A stretch of DNA of 63,380 nt, counting the filler. It is 3 parts of 3 records of this genome, joined end to end, with 100 filler letters (N's around TTAATTAATTAA, not from the genome) between each part and the next. Parts side by side here need not be neighbours in the genome. Positions count along the whole stretch, not along the records: positions 29,689 to 39,128 come from DRR723986_2307; 2 more parts are not named here. One strand, written 5' to 3'. The notes beneath the pieces are model-generated. The model saw only the letters and a program-made list of their open reading frames with translations. It searched no databases and had not been told where the DNA came from. Shown here piece after piece: positions 29,689-39,228 of the stretch; the first letter of the stretch is position 1, and each line of letters starts with the position of its first letter. The translations under genes were made by a program, and so were the position numbers.

Positions 29689-30153
29689 GTTGCGCTGATG
29701 TTGGACAGTGGAACGGTCCAGCTTGATGTGCCCGCAACGCAGATGCGATCTGTTGCCCATGTTCTTGGGCGCATTGAGAATATTGAGGTTCAACCTGAGC
29801 GAAAAGCTCGGGTGGTTGTGGATCAACGGTCCGGCACCATTGTTTTGGGCGAGGACGTGCGGATCTCTCGTGTCGCCGTGTCCCAGGGCAATTTGACCCT
29901 GCGCATCCAAGAACAGCCACTTGTTGTTCAGCCCAACCCGTTCGCTGACGGCGAAACCGTTGTCGTCCCGCGCACCAATGCCGCCATCCAAGAAGAACCG
30001 GGCATCGGATTGGCCGAAATTCGCGCGGGCACGTCATTGTCAGAAGTGATCGCGGGGCTAAACGCGCTTGGTGTTTCACCGCGCGACATGATCGATATTC
30101 TAAAAAGCATCAAAGCCGCCGGTGCCTTGCATGCCGAATTTGTTGTCCGATGA
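29689..30153 (+). CDS. flgI: Flagellar P-ring protein FlgI, C-terminal part
   Basis: KARVVVDQRSGTIVLG.DVRISRVAVSQGNLT..VVQPNPF..LNALGVSPRDMIDILKSIKAAGALHAE. Confidence 0.95.
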   Translation, partial: VALMLDSGTVQLDVPATQMRSVAHVLGRIENIEVQPERKARVVVDQRSGTIVLGEDVRISRVAVSQGNLTLRIQEQPLVVQPNPFADGETVVVPRTNAAIQEEPGIGLAEIRAGTSLSEVIAGLNALGVSPRDMIDILKSIKAAGALHAEFVVR

Positions 30154-30159
30154 GGATCG

Positions 30160-31305
30160 TCAAAATAGGCGGATCTGGCGGAACAGCACTGCGGTAATTC
30201 CAGGCCAAATTCCATATCGCTTGGCAAGAAGAGCAGCACCAAGAAAGGAAGCCAGCCAATTTGTGGCGGCTAAGGTTCTTGCGATCTCAAGTCCCGACCT
30301 CTCAGAGCCGAACAGCAGAGCACAGCAAAACAACACCGAACAAGAAATCTGAATGCAAAGAAGTTCCCGCCGCATCCCGGCCGTGCGAAGCAGAATGACT
30401 GTTGCACCCAACAAGGCCGGTGCAAAATGTGCAGAAGTGATCCACAAGGCGATTGATTTGAAATCTGTCTCTCGCAAGTGAAAATGCTGCGCAACCAGTG
30501 GGATTATCGCCAAAACCATCAAGAAGGATGCCCCTCCTATCAGCAGCGATCCGAGATTGATCCGGCCGGCGGTAGCAGCAAGGCGGACAATTCCCCCCTC
30601 CCTGCGTTCCTCCACCAATCTCATCTCTGCCTTATTATGCAATAGGGACAGAGCCAGCTGGGGCAAAGTTCCCACACCTCGCGCAATCAAATAGGGCCAA
30701 GAGAGTGTGGGGTTTAGGAGTATCGGCAAGATAAACAGATCTATCTGTGATATCAGAACGGACGACACTTCAGACGTTGATCGACCGCCCTCAGGATTGG
30801 CAGTTGTTGAGCTACCTCCAACCAATGCCGACCCCAGCAGGGCCAAAGCCACGAGCACAGACGCGAATAGAACTACGGTTTGATTTGGCTCGGTTCCCAA
30901 AGATATCGCAGGACAGATCATTGCGCAGATCCAGATGCGAAGGGGCGATGAACACCATAACGCGCTCGCGCTCTGCGTCTGTGACTGGATAAGACGCAGC
31001 AAAGAAAAGCAAAGGCTCAGCCCCAAGAAACAGAGGATAGCTAATGGTTGATCCTCGAAATATGGCAGTTCACCATACCAGCCGGCCAGCAAAATAAAGA
31101 GAACCAAAGAGATCCAACGGGCCAAGCTAGTCTCAAATTTCCGCTGGAACGTCCGCTTTTTCCGATGCGATACCAAGAGCAAAGCAACAGATTCAGCGAT
31201 TGCGATTGTACCCAGAACCAGAGCCACTTCTGCCGAAGGCAAAGCCCGAAATAGGTTCAGAGCCAGCATAATCCAGCCGGCGACCAAAAATGTCAGACCG
31301 ATCAT
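30160..31305 (-). CDS. Polytopic membrane protein, divergent Wzx/MOP-flippase-like
   Basis: About 11-12 hydrophobic segments; SQIDLFIL..Y.IA and LLGATVILLRTAGMRRE resemble the second half of Wzx flippases; start 31305 or 31356. Confidence 0.5.
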   Translation of the reverse strand: MIGLTFLVAGWIMLALNLFRALPSAEVALVLGTIAIAESVALLLVSHRKKRTFQRKFETSLARWISLVLFILLAGWYGELPYFEDQPLAILCFLGLSLCFSLLRLIQSQTQSASALWCSSPLRIWICAMICPAISLGTEPNQTVVLFASVLVALALLGSALVGGSSTTANPEGGRSTSEVSSVLISQIDLFILPILLNPTLSWPYLIARGVGTLPQLALSLLHNKAEMRLVEERREGGIVRLAATAGRINLGSLLIGGASFLMVLAIIPLVAQHFHLRETDFKSIALWITSAHFAPALLGATVILLRTAGMRRELLCIQISCSVLFCCALLFGSERSGLEIARTLAATNWLASFLGAALLAKRYGIWPGITAVLFRQIRLF

Positions 31306-31448
31306 TGCGGATCTTCTTGGATGATTTTGCAAGCCCAACGCATGCCGTCCCCACATTTTCCTGATCAGATTATGCGGGAGCCAGTTTACTTGCGAATAAA
31401 GGCCAGTGGTTTTCTTGTGTGGATCTTTAGGAAAATGCGACCCTTGCC

Positions 31449-32189
31449 TCAGAAGTAGCTGCGCACCAAACTGCCAGCGATCAGGCTCCAGCCGTCGGCG
31501 ACAACAAAAAACGCCAGCTTGAAAGGCAGCGAGACTATTGCGGGCGGGACCATCATCATGCCCATCGACATAAGAATCGCGGCCACCACCAAATCAATAA
31601 TCAAAAATGGCAAAAATACCAGAAATCCGATTTGAAATGCGCGAGAGATTTCAGACAAAAGGAAACTCGGAACAAGGATCGAGAGGGGCGTTTCCAAATC
31701 TGGTTTTGTTAGTTGCAAGTCCGGCCTTAGATCCGCCATGGCCAAAAAAGTGTCTGTATCCAACCTCGCTGCCATAAAAACCCTAAACGGGGCCAAAGTG
31801 CGATTAAATGCCTGTTCCGCGGTGATTTCTTCGGCGGTCAATGGCGCGATACCTTTGGTCCAAGCCTCCGTAAAGACTGGCTCCATGACAAAATATGTCA
31901 AGAACAGAGCCAGGCTAACAATCAACATGTTGGGCGGCGATTGTTGTAGCCCGATCGCCTGTCTGAGAATAGAAAGCACAGTGACCAAAAATGGAAAACA
32001 GGTGACCATAATCGCAAGACCCGGCGCAAGGCTCAACACAGTGATCAGCGCAAAAAGCTGTACCGTGCGGGCGGAAAGAGAGCCATTATCGCCCAAAGAG
32101 ATTGATATCTCTTGCGCCTCCGAAGGGGTTGGGAGAAACCAAAACGCAGCAATCAACGCGCTCGCAATAGTCGCTGAGCGACCGATCAT
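31449..32189 (-). CDS. fliP: Flagellar export gate protein FliP
   Basis: ITVLSLAP, LRQAIGLQQSPPN, AFQIGFLVFLPFLIIDLVVA.ILMSMGMMMVPP..SLPFKL.FFV.ADGW. Confidence 0.97.
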   Translation of the reverse strand: MIGRSATIASALIAAFWFLPTPSEAQEISISLGDNGSLSARTVQLFALITVLSLAPGLAIMVTCFPFLVTVLSILRQAIGLQQSPPNMLIVSLALFLTYFVMEPVFTEAWTKGIAPLTAEEITAEQAFNRTLAPFRVFMAARLDTDTFLAMADLRPDLQLTKPDLETPLSILVPSFLLSEISRAFQIGFLVFLPFLIIDLVVAAILMSMGMMMVPPAIVSLPFKLAFFVVADGWSLIAGSLVRSYF

Positions 32190-32479
32190 GAGGGGCCTTG
32201 CAGGTCAATAATTTCGGTTAGCCTCACGGCGAGCTGACCGGGATGATCTCCCTCTTTTTCCTCAAGCAGACCGCGCGCGATAAGACGATCCCCAACATAA
32301 AGATCGACTGGATCATCGACGTTGCTGTCCAATGGCAAAAGAGCGTTTTCGCCCAGCATCACCAATTCCCTGATGAGGGGGCGGGCTTTGCCGACACAAA
32401 CGTTGATCTCAATCGGAACGCCGGTAAATGGGTTGGTGGCATCACTGGCAGGAATCGTTTGTGGGTTGGGATCATCCAT
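32186..32479 (-). CDS. fliN: Flagellar motor switch protein FliN (SPOA domain)
   Basis: VPIEINVCVGKARP.IRELV.L..PVDLYVGDRLIARG.L..LAVRLTEI. Confidence 0.85.
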   Translation of the reverse strand: MDDPNPQTIPASDATNPFTGVPIEINVCVGKARPLIRELVMLGENALLPLDSNVDDPVDLYVGDRLIARGLLEEKEGDHPGQLAVRLTEIIDLQGPS

Positions 32480-33071
32480 TCTGAATTTCCTGTTTGTTAA
32501 CTTCGCAAAACGCATCAATCGCGGTTGTCAGGTCGGCCAGAAGCGCGTCAAGATTGATCTCACACTCCCCAGCTTTGGCTTGGAGGCGGACTTGCCCAGA
32601 CAAAAGACCTGGATCAATCGCCAAACCAAAAGGCAGGTTCAGATTTTGTTCCAGCAAATTCCGCATCGTTGGTTCAGTTTCAGGTGAAACGACAATTTCA
32701 ATTGCGCCTTCGGATTGCGCTTGGACAAGTTCGGAGGCTTTTGAAATAACTTGCGCGGACAGCGATGATTGAAGCGTTTGCGGCAATAGCATGGTGACAC
32801 ATTTGGTCAGCAGCGGCTTCATCGCGATCGACAACTTTGCATAGGCTTCATGGTAGCTGAAGGACATGTCTTGCAGGCTTTGTGCCAGATCTGAAGAAAC
32901 CCTCTCACGCTCTGTCTGATGTGCGGCGCTCGAATCGTCCCACCCGGCTTGATACCCGCTTTCAAACGCTTCCAAGCGAAGGGCTTCCTGATCATCAGAT
33001 CCTGCCCCATCTGAACTCTGATCTGGTCCGACAAGTGTTCCAAAGTCATTGTAGCGGTCCAACAACGGCAT
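32472..33071 (-). CDS. fliH: FliH-like flagellar assembly protein
   Basis: AFESGYQAGWDD GxxxG repeat and C-terminal IDPGLLSGQV..EINL; between fliF and fliN with TGATG coupling to fliF. Confidence 0.7.
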   Translation of the reverse strand: MPLLDRYNDFGTLVGPDQSSDGAGSDDQEALRLEAFESGYQAGWDDSSAAHQTERERVSSDLAQSLQDMSFSYHEAYAKLSIAMKPLLTKCVTMLLPQTLQSSLSAQVISKASELVQAQSEGAIEIVVSPETEPTMRNLLEQNLNLPFGLAIDPGLLSGQVRLQAKAGECEINLDALLADLTTAIDAFCEVNKQEIQNG

Positions 33072-34705
33072 CACACGTGTTCCTCTTTGTCTTCGAGCCA
33101 ACTGCGGAGAATCTCGACTGTTTCCTCCTGCCTTTCACCAATCATGTTGCGCAAACGCTCGACCGGATCATCGTCGCTGGCGCCCATCGCAGGCAGGTCG
33201 GGAAGCGGTTCCAACTCATTGCCGAAGGCCGGTGACATGTCCAATGGTGGCAAACCAAAGTCACCTCCATCTCTATCACCGGGCAGACTTCCGGCGGCCG
33301 CATCTGGATCACCGAATCCTGCAACGGGGGGCAACGCGGGAACTGTACTGCTGTCGTCTGGCGCAGCTTTTGACAGAACTGGGCGGACGACGAACAGACC
33401 CAGAATGAGCGTCACAAGCGCGAGAATCGCCATCTGAATCGCGGACATCAAATCAAGATCAATTCGGCTGAACAGCGAGTCTTCTGCACCCGTTCCACTG
33501 GCCGGTACAGATTGCAATGACATCGATTTGATCGTGATGATGTCCCCTCTTGCCTCGTCGAAACCTACGGCAGAGGAGACCAATTCACGCAGCGCCGCCA
33601 GTTCCTCTGGCCCTCGAGGTGTCGAGATTTCCTCGCCATCTGCACCTGTGGTCAGCGCCGTATTTACCAATACGGCAACAGTCACGCGTTTGACGGCTCC
33701 GGGAGCACGGACAATTTCCCGTTCTGTCTCCGACACCTCGTAGTTCACACGTTCGCGGGTTTCACTATTTTGCGATGATGATCCTTCCCCGCCATTTGCG
33801 CCGTCCTGATCGGGCAGATTGCTTGCCACGGTCACATCCCCGCCAGGCCCGCCCTTGGCCGTATTGCTGCGCTCTTCGGTGTCGGTACTGATGGCAACGC
33901 GCCCCTTGGGGTCAAAGACCCGTTCGCGGATGGCTTCACTTTCCGTTTCGGTATCAACACTGACCTCAACCACGGCATTGCCAAACCCGACACGGGCTTC
34001 GAGGAGGCGTTGAACCCGGTCTCGAAGGATTTGGGCTTTGTCATCTCCACCTATGGCCGGGGCTGCATCGTCTGCTTGGCCGATCAATGAACCGTTTGCA
34101 TCAATGACTGCAACATCATCCGGTGACAGACCTGCCACCGCAGAGGCGACCAAATATCGAACGGCTTTGGCCTGCTGAGCGGTGATTCCACTGCCATTGG
34201 GCGTCACAGACACGGATGCTTTGGGCGTTACTCCGCGCTGAAAAGGGTTTGAGCCGGTGCTGGCGATGTGAACCCGCGCCATGGTAATTTGCGGGTTAGC
34301 GACGATTGTTCTCGCCAGTTCACCTTCTTTCGCCCGCCAATAAGCCGCATCGAACATTTGCGAGGTCGTGCCAAACCCGGTGAGGCTGTCCAAAAGTTCA
34401 TAGCCCCGGTTGCTGTTGGCGGGTAACCCTTCGCTGGCCAAGGTCAGGCGCAATTGATCACGTTGTTTGGAATCCACAAAGATGGCACCGCCGCGCACAT
34501 CAAATGCCACGCCACGCTGTTCCAGCGAGCGGACCACCTCGCCCGCCGCGCCACTTTCAAGCCCTGCGTAGAGTAATGTCATACTCGGTGCAGTTGCCAT
34601 GCGAGACATCGCCAGAATTGCAAAGAACATCGCACCCATTGCAACGATCGCGGTGATCTGACGACGCAAATCGAGTTGCATCCAGACATTTAGTAATTGC
34701 TGCAC
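33071..34705 (-). CDS. fliF: Flagellar MS-ring protein FliF
   Basis: LLYAGL, GYELLD..FGTTSQM..RAKEGELARTI, ARVHI, ASAVAGL, NYEVS, VKRVTVAVLVN, GFDEARGD; GTG start with GGAGGAG RBS. Confidence 0.97.
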   Translation of the reverse strand: MQQLLNVWMQLDLRRQITAIVAMGAMFFAILAMSRMATAPSMTLLYAGLESGAAGEVVRSLEQRGVAFDVRGGAIFVDSKQRDQLRLTLASEGLPANSNRGYELLDSLTGFGTTSQMFDAAYWRAKEGELARTIVANPQITMARVHIASTGSNPFQRGVTPKASVSVTPNGSGITAQQAKAVRYLVASAVAGLSPDDVAVIDANGSLIGQADDAAPAIGGDDKAQILRDRVQRLLEARVGFGNAVVEVSVDTETESEAIRERVFDPKGRVAISTDTEERSNTAKGGPGGDVTVASNLPDQDGANGGEGSSSQNSETRERVNYEVSETEREIVRAPGAVKRVTVAVLVNTALTTGADGEEISTPRGPEELAALRELVSSAVGFDEARGDIITIKSMSLQSVPASGTGAEDSLFSRIDLDLMSAIQMAILALVTLILGLFVVRPVLSKAAPDDSSTVPALPPVAGFGDPDAAAGSLPGDRDGGDFGLPPLDMSPAFGNELEPLPDLPAMGASDDDPVERLRNMIGERQEETVEILRSWLEDKEEHV

Positions 34706-34765
34706 AATCTCCTCCGTCCTGCCGGGCGTTCTGCCAGACGTTGAGCAACAGATGAACGATCCGAC

Positions 34766-34780
34766 TTAACATTCGGTTAG
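34766..34780. promoter_or_regulatory. CtrA-like box in the divergent fliF/fliL promoter region
   Basis: TTAA-CATTCGG-TTAG (TTAA-N7-TTAG). Confidence 0.6.
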
Positions 34781-34825
34781 TGGAAAGCGGTCTATACCGG
34801 CGGGGCCAGCTAAATGGGATGCATG

Positions 34826-35314
34826 ATGTCAGAAGACGCGGAACAAGAAGAAGACGCACCACCAAAGAAATCAAAATTACCGTTGATTATTGGCCTTGTA
34901 CTGGCTCTGGCAGGCGGCGGCGGCGGGTTCTATGCCACTTGGTCAGGCATGATCCTGGGCACCGATTCGGAGCATTCAGAAAATGAAGACCCGAAAGAGG
35001 ACGAGACAAAAATTGACGTGGCATATGTGCCCGTTGATCCGCTGGTGATCTCGCTCCAGGCCCCCGCGCAGGCGCAATACCTGCGATTTCGGGCCAGTCT
35101 TGAGGTGCCGACCGAGAACCAAGAAGAAGTCGAGAAGTTAATGCCGCGCGTGGTTGATGTTTTGAACAGTTACCTGCGCGCATTGGAACCTGCGGATCTG
35201 GAACATCCTGCCATTCTCACACGGATCAGAGCCCAGATGTTGCGAAGGGTTCAGGTCATCGCGGGCCTGCAGAAAGTAAATGATCTGCTGATTATGGAAT
35301 TCGTTCTGAACTAG
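34826..35314 (+). CDS. fliL: Flagellar basal body-associated protein FliL
   Basis: KKSKLPLIIG..GGGGFY TM anchor, PLVISL, MPRVVDVLNSYLR, LLIMEFVLN; start 34814/34823/34826. Confidence 0.92.
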   Translation: MSEDAEQEEDAPPKKSKLPLIIGLVLALAGGGGGFYATWSGMILGTDSEHSENEDPKEDETKIDVAYVPVDPLVISLQAPAQAQYLRFRASLEVPTENQEEVEKLMPRVVDVLNSYLRALEPADLEHPAILTRIRAQMLRRVQVIAGLQKVNDLLIMEFVLN

Positions 35315-35322
35315 GGGGTAAA

Positions 35323-35709
35323 ATGGATCTAATTGCTGATATTCTTCTGGCTGCTGGCGCGTTAGGTGCGGGATTTTATTGCCTTGTTCTGGGCCGCAGA
35401 TTGAACCGGTTCAATGACCTTGAGAAAGGCGTCGGTGGCGCAGTTGCCGTTCTGTCTGCACAGGTAGACGACCTCACAAAAACATTGGCCTCCGCACAGG
35501 AAACCGCGAACGCATCTGCGGAGACCTTGACGCAATTGACAAGCCGGGCCGAGGACACCGCGCGGCGACTGGAGCTGCAAATGGCATCTTTGCATGATCT
35601 CCCACCTTCCCAAGAACCAGAACCACAAGCGTCACCACCACCAACCGCAGCGCCGCCGAATCCTGCAGAGCCAATGTTTGTGCGGCGTCATGCAGAAGGG
35701 CCAATTTGA
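35323..35709 (+). CDS. Small conserved flagellar-cluster protein (TM + coiled coil + Pro-rich tail; PflI-like)
   Basis: MDLIADILL..YCLVLGRRLNRFNDLEKGVGGAVAVLS.QVDDL; located between fliL and motE; GGGGT RBS. Confidence 0.65.
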   Translation: MDLIADILLAAGALGAGFYCLVLGRRLNRFNDLEKGVGGAVAVLSAQVDDLTKTLASAQETANASAETLTQLTSRAEDTARRLELQMASLHDLPPSQEPEPQASPPPTAAPPNPAEPMFVRRHAEGPI

Positions 35710-36329
35710 TGAGAATTTTCAAGAAGCGAAAAGTCAGGCGCAAAAAAGGCAGCGGCACGGTCACATTGATCGCGTTGCTTTTGGTTGGATCTGCCGCTTT
35801 GCGTGCAGGCAGTGAAGCCGGCTCTGCCTATGCCGAAGCCGCCAAACAGCCAGATCCAAAAGAGATAATTCCGCAAAAACAGCCAGATCCAAAAATGGCG
35901 GATCGGCCCGCTTCAGACAGATCCGAGATGAGCAATCTGTTGGCTGCTCTTTTGAAGCGTGAAGAGCGGGTCAAAGAGCAAGAAAAAAAGATCGAGATGC
36001 GTAGCAAGGCCCTGGCCGTTGCCGACGAGGAAATCACAAAACGGCTCGCCGCACTTGAGCAGGCAGAGATAGCTCTGCGCGAGACATTGTCCTTGGCAGA
36101 TGGCGCAGCAGAAAGCGATCTGGCACGGCTTACGAGCGTTTACGAGAGCATGAAACCGAAGGACGCAGCAGCATTGTTTGGCGCGATGGAACCTGATTTT
36201 GCCGCTGGTTTTCTTGGTCGAATGCGCCCGGATGCTGCCGCATCAGTCTTGGCTGGCCTGCCTGCTGATATGGCCTATGCCATCAGTGTCATTCTCGCTG
36301 GCCGAAACACGAAAGTACCCAAAAGCTGA
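35709..36329 (+). CDS. motE: MotE family flagellar motility protein
   Basis: N-terminal signal/TM, coiled coil, C-terminal LTSVYESMKPKDAAALF..M..FLGRM.PD.AA.VLA MgtE_N-like domain. Confidence 0.8.
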   Translation: MRIFKKRKVRRKKGSGTVTLIALLLVGSAALRAGSEAGSAYAEAAKQPDPKEIIPQKQPDPKMADRPASDRSEMSNLLAALLKREERVKEQEKKIEMRSKALAVADEEITKRLAALEQAEIALRETLSLADGAAESDLARLTSVYESMKPKDAAALFGAMEPDFAAGFLGRMRPDAAASVLAGLPADMAYAISVILAGRNTKVPKS

Positions 36330-36346
36330 TCAAAACTGAGGGTTTC

Positions 36347-36361
36347 TTAACCCCTGTTTGA
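36347..36361 (+). promoter_or_regulatory. CtrA-like box upstream of motA
   Basis: TTAA-CCCCTGT-TTGA (TTAA-N7-TTGA). Confidence 0.45.
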
Positions 36362-36397
36362 AAGAGTGGTGCAAGTAGGGTCAGAAACGGGCAAGAC

Positions 36398-37267
36398 ATG
36401 ATTGGTATCATCGGAATTATCACCATTTTTGTCATGGTCTTTGGCGGATATCTTGCCGCCGGTGGTAAAATGGGGATCATCCTAAAATCCCTACCGTTTG
36501 AGCTTACGATGATCGGCGGTGCCGCCGCCGGGGCCTTCTTGATCAGCAACGATGGCGCAGGGGTCAAACACACGATCAAGGACGTTGGCAAGGTCTTCAA
36601 AGGACCGAAATGGAAACATGAGGACTACCGCGATCTTCTGTGCCTGCTGTTTGAATTGATCCGCCTCGCGCGTCAGAATCCGGTTGCGATAGAAGAACAT
36701 ATCGAAGCGCCGGAGGGGTCTTCAATTTTCTCAAAATATGAGAAAATCCTTACAGATAGCGAAGCCATTGCGTTGATCTGTGACACAATGAGATCTGCTT
36801 CGATGAACTATGATGATCCGCATCAGGTCGAAGAGGTTCTTGAAAAACGGATGGAAGCGAATGCTCATCATGCACTCCATTCCAGCCATGCTCTTCAAAC
36901 CATTGCGGACGGATTACCTGCCCTTGGGATTGTGGCCGCGGTGTTGGGTGTGATCAAAACAATGGCGTCCATTGACCAACCTCCCGAGGTGCTGGGCAAA
37001 CTCATTGGCGGGGCCTTGGTTGGCACATTCTTGGGCGTGTTCCTCGCATACGGTTTGGTTGGCCCTTTCGCGGCCAAGGTCAAAGACGTCACTGAAGATG
37101 AGGCGCATTTTTATCAACTTATACGCGAAGTTTTGGTGGCCAATTTGCACAATCACGCCACGAACATCTGCATCGAGGTAGGGCGACAAAATACGCCATC
37201 TCACTGCCGGCCAAGCTACTCAGAGCTGGAAGAGGCGCTCAAATCTATCAAGCAGAACGCAGCATGA
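36398..37267 (+). CDS. motA: Flagellar stator protein MotA
   Basis: VFGGY..GG, PFELTMIGGAA.GAF, DGLPALGIVAAVLGVI.TM, IGGALVGTFLGVFLAYG, EVGR. Confidence 0.96.
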   Translation: MIGIIGIITIFVMVFGGYLAAGGKMGIILKSLPFELTMIGGAAAGAFLISNDGAGVKHTIKDVGKVFKGPKWKHEDYRDLLCLLFELIRLARQNPVAIEEHIEAPEGSSIFSKYEKILTDSEAIALICDTMRSASMNYDDPHQVEEVLEKRMEANAHHALHSSHALQTIADGLPALGIVAAVLGVIKTMASIDQPPEVLGKLIGGALVGTFLGVFLAYGLVGPFAAKVKDVTEDEAHFYQLIREVLVANLHNHATNICIEVGRQNTPSHCRPSYSELEEALKSIKQNAA

Positions 37268-39128
37268 GGAAAATCGTCTTTTTCTTCATATTCGGTATTT
37301 TTCTGCCTTACTCGGCGGCCGCGCAGCCGATCACTGTGCGCTCAGGTGATCACCGTGGGTTCACCCGTTTGGTATTCTCCTTGCCGAATGGAGCAGATTG
37401 GCAGGTTTCACACCAAGGGAGTTCTGTAAACCTCACTTACAAGAATTTCGACCAGGGATTTGACTTATCGAGGGTTTTTGAACCCATTTCGCAAGACCGG
37501 ATAAGCAGCATCACGAGTTCGGAAAATCAAGTCTCGTTCACCCTCGCATGTGAATGCAGGGTATCGGCATTTCTTGAGCGGAACAGGTATGTGGTTATTG
37601 ACGTCGCTTCGCCAAATGTGCAGTTGCAAACCCCTTTGATTGCCCGAAGCAAAGAAGCCGTTAATCCTCCATTGTCGGCAGACGTGGAGCCGGATAACGA
37701 TCTCATACTGAACCCGCTGCCCCTTCCAACAACCCTGCAAAGAGGCAACACCCGAGCGCGAACCGCCCGTGTTTTGTCTGGCTCTTCCGTCCCGGTTCCT
37801 TTGCCGCGCGGAAGTCTAACGAAAGCGGAACAGGCCGTTTTGGATGATGTGCAAGAACGGCTTGCCAAAGAAGTGGGCATAGCGGCTACACGAGGAATGT
37901 TGACAGCCAATCCGACGGCGCGCCGACCCAGGCAGATCCCAGGACTGGACCCAGTTGAACTTCCAGAATTGGTGGATAGTGGACCAGTGGCGCAAGATGC
38001 CCCCGATGGACTGGTCAACAACATGCGCATTACATCAAGCATGGACTTGCCCGGCCGCAAGACTTCTAGCGGATCGGCCCAATCGATCAGCGGTCTGATT
38101 TGCCCCGCAGATGAGCTGCTGAACTTTGCAAAGTGGAACAATGGCCTGCCAGTCTCGGAGCAAATCGGAGCGCTGAGGCAGAAGCTATATGGAGAATTTG
38201 ATAAACTTGATCAACAAGTCGCTCTCAACCTAGCTAAATTGTATCTGTATTTCGGGTTTGGTGCTGAAGCAAAACACTTGCTTACACAGCTTGAGATCCC
38301 TCGAAAGGAAACTGAGCTCCTCATCTCTGTCGCGGAAATTATCGATTACGGCCAAACCGTGACCGAGACTAACATTTCAGAAATGATCGATTGTTCAACT
38401 GATGTTGCGCTTTGGGCTATTCTTGCAAAGCCCAATCTTGATGTGTCCGGTGAGATTGATCCTGACCCTGCTCTTTTGGCGTTAAATAAGCTGCCCGAAC
38501 ATCTTCGTACCTTCCTGGCGCCGATGCTGAGCCAACGCCTGCGCAGCCACGGAGACGCAGACGCTGCCGCAACAGCACTGCGCAACCTTGAGCGATTGCC
38601 TCAACCGTTACCGGCAGCAGCACAACTGGCAAAGGCCGAGATTGCAATTGCTGAAGGTGAGATTTCATCCGGGGCTGGCCAACTTGCAGAGGTGATCGAA
38701 GGCAACACCGAGAGCTCTCCAGAAGCATTGATCGCGCTGGTCGAGGCCAAGTTGGATCAGGGGCTGGCCATCGCACCTGAGACTGCCGAATTGGTTCAGG
38801 CCTTCGCAGAGGAACTGCAAAATACGTCGCTTGGGCCAAAGTTGCGCCGCACACATGTTTTGGCGCTGATCCGTTCAGGTCAATTCGATGCAGCACAATC
38901 AGCCATAGCTGAATTGGGTGGCGGTTCAGAAAAGAGAAGTGAAACCAATCTGCAGGCGTTGTTTCTAACTGAATTGACAACAGCGGCAGAAGACGTGGTT
39001 TTTCTTGATCATTTCTTTGCTCATGCGCGCCAAGACACAAATGAACTGGCTGCAAAGGAAAAAACCAGACTTGCGGCGCGTTTGCTGGACTTGGGATTTG
39101 CCGAACCCGCGCAGGCAGTCATTACAAC
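37264..39128 (+). CDS. Large secreted flagellar-cluster protein (beta N-domain + helical/TPR-like C-domain; MotK/MotC-like), 3' truncated
   Basis: Signal peptide ending AAA, ITVRSGDHRGFTRLVF, helical repeats (LAKLYLYFGFGAEA, LLDLGF); ATGA coupling to motA. Confidence 0.6.
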
Positions 39129-39228
39129 NNNNNNNNNNNNNNNNNNNNNNNNNNNNNNNNNNNNNNNNNNNNTTAATTAATTAANNNNNNNNNNNNNNNN
39201 NNNNNNNNNNNNNNNNNNNNNNNNNNNN
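39129..39228. other. Artificial contig-joining linker
   Basis: N44-TTAATTAATTAA-N44; flanking genes are truncated and change taxonomic class. Confidence 0.98.
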
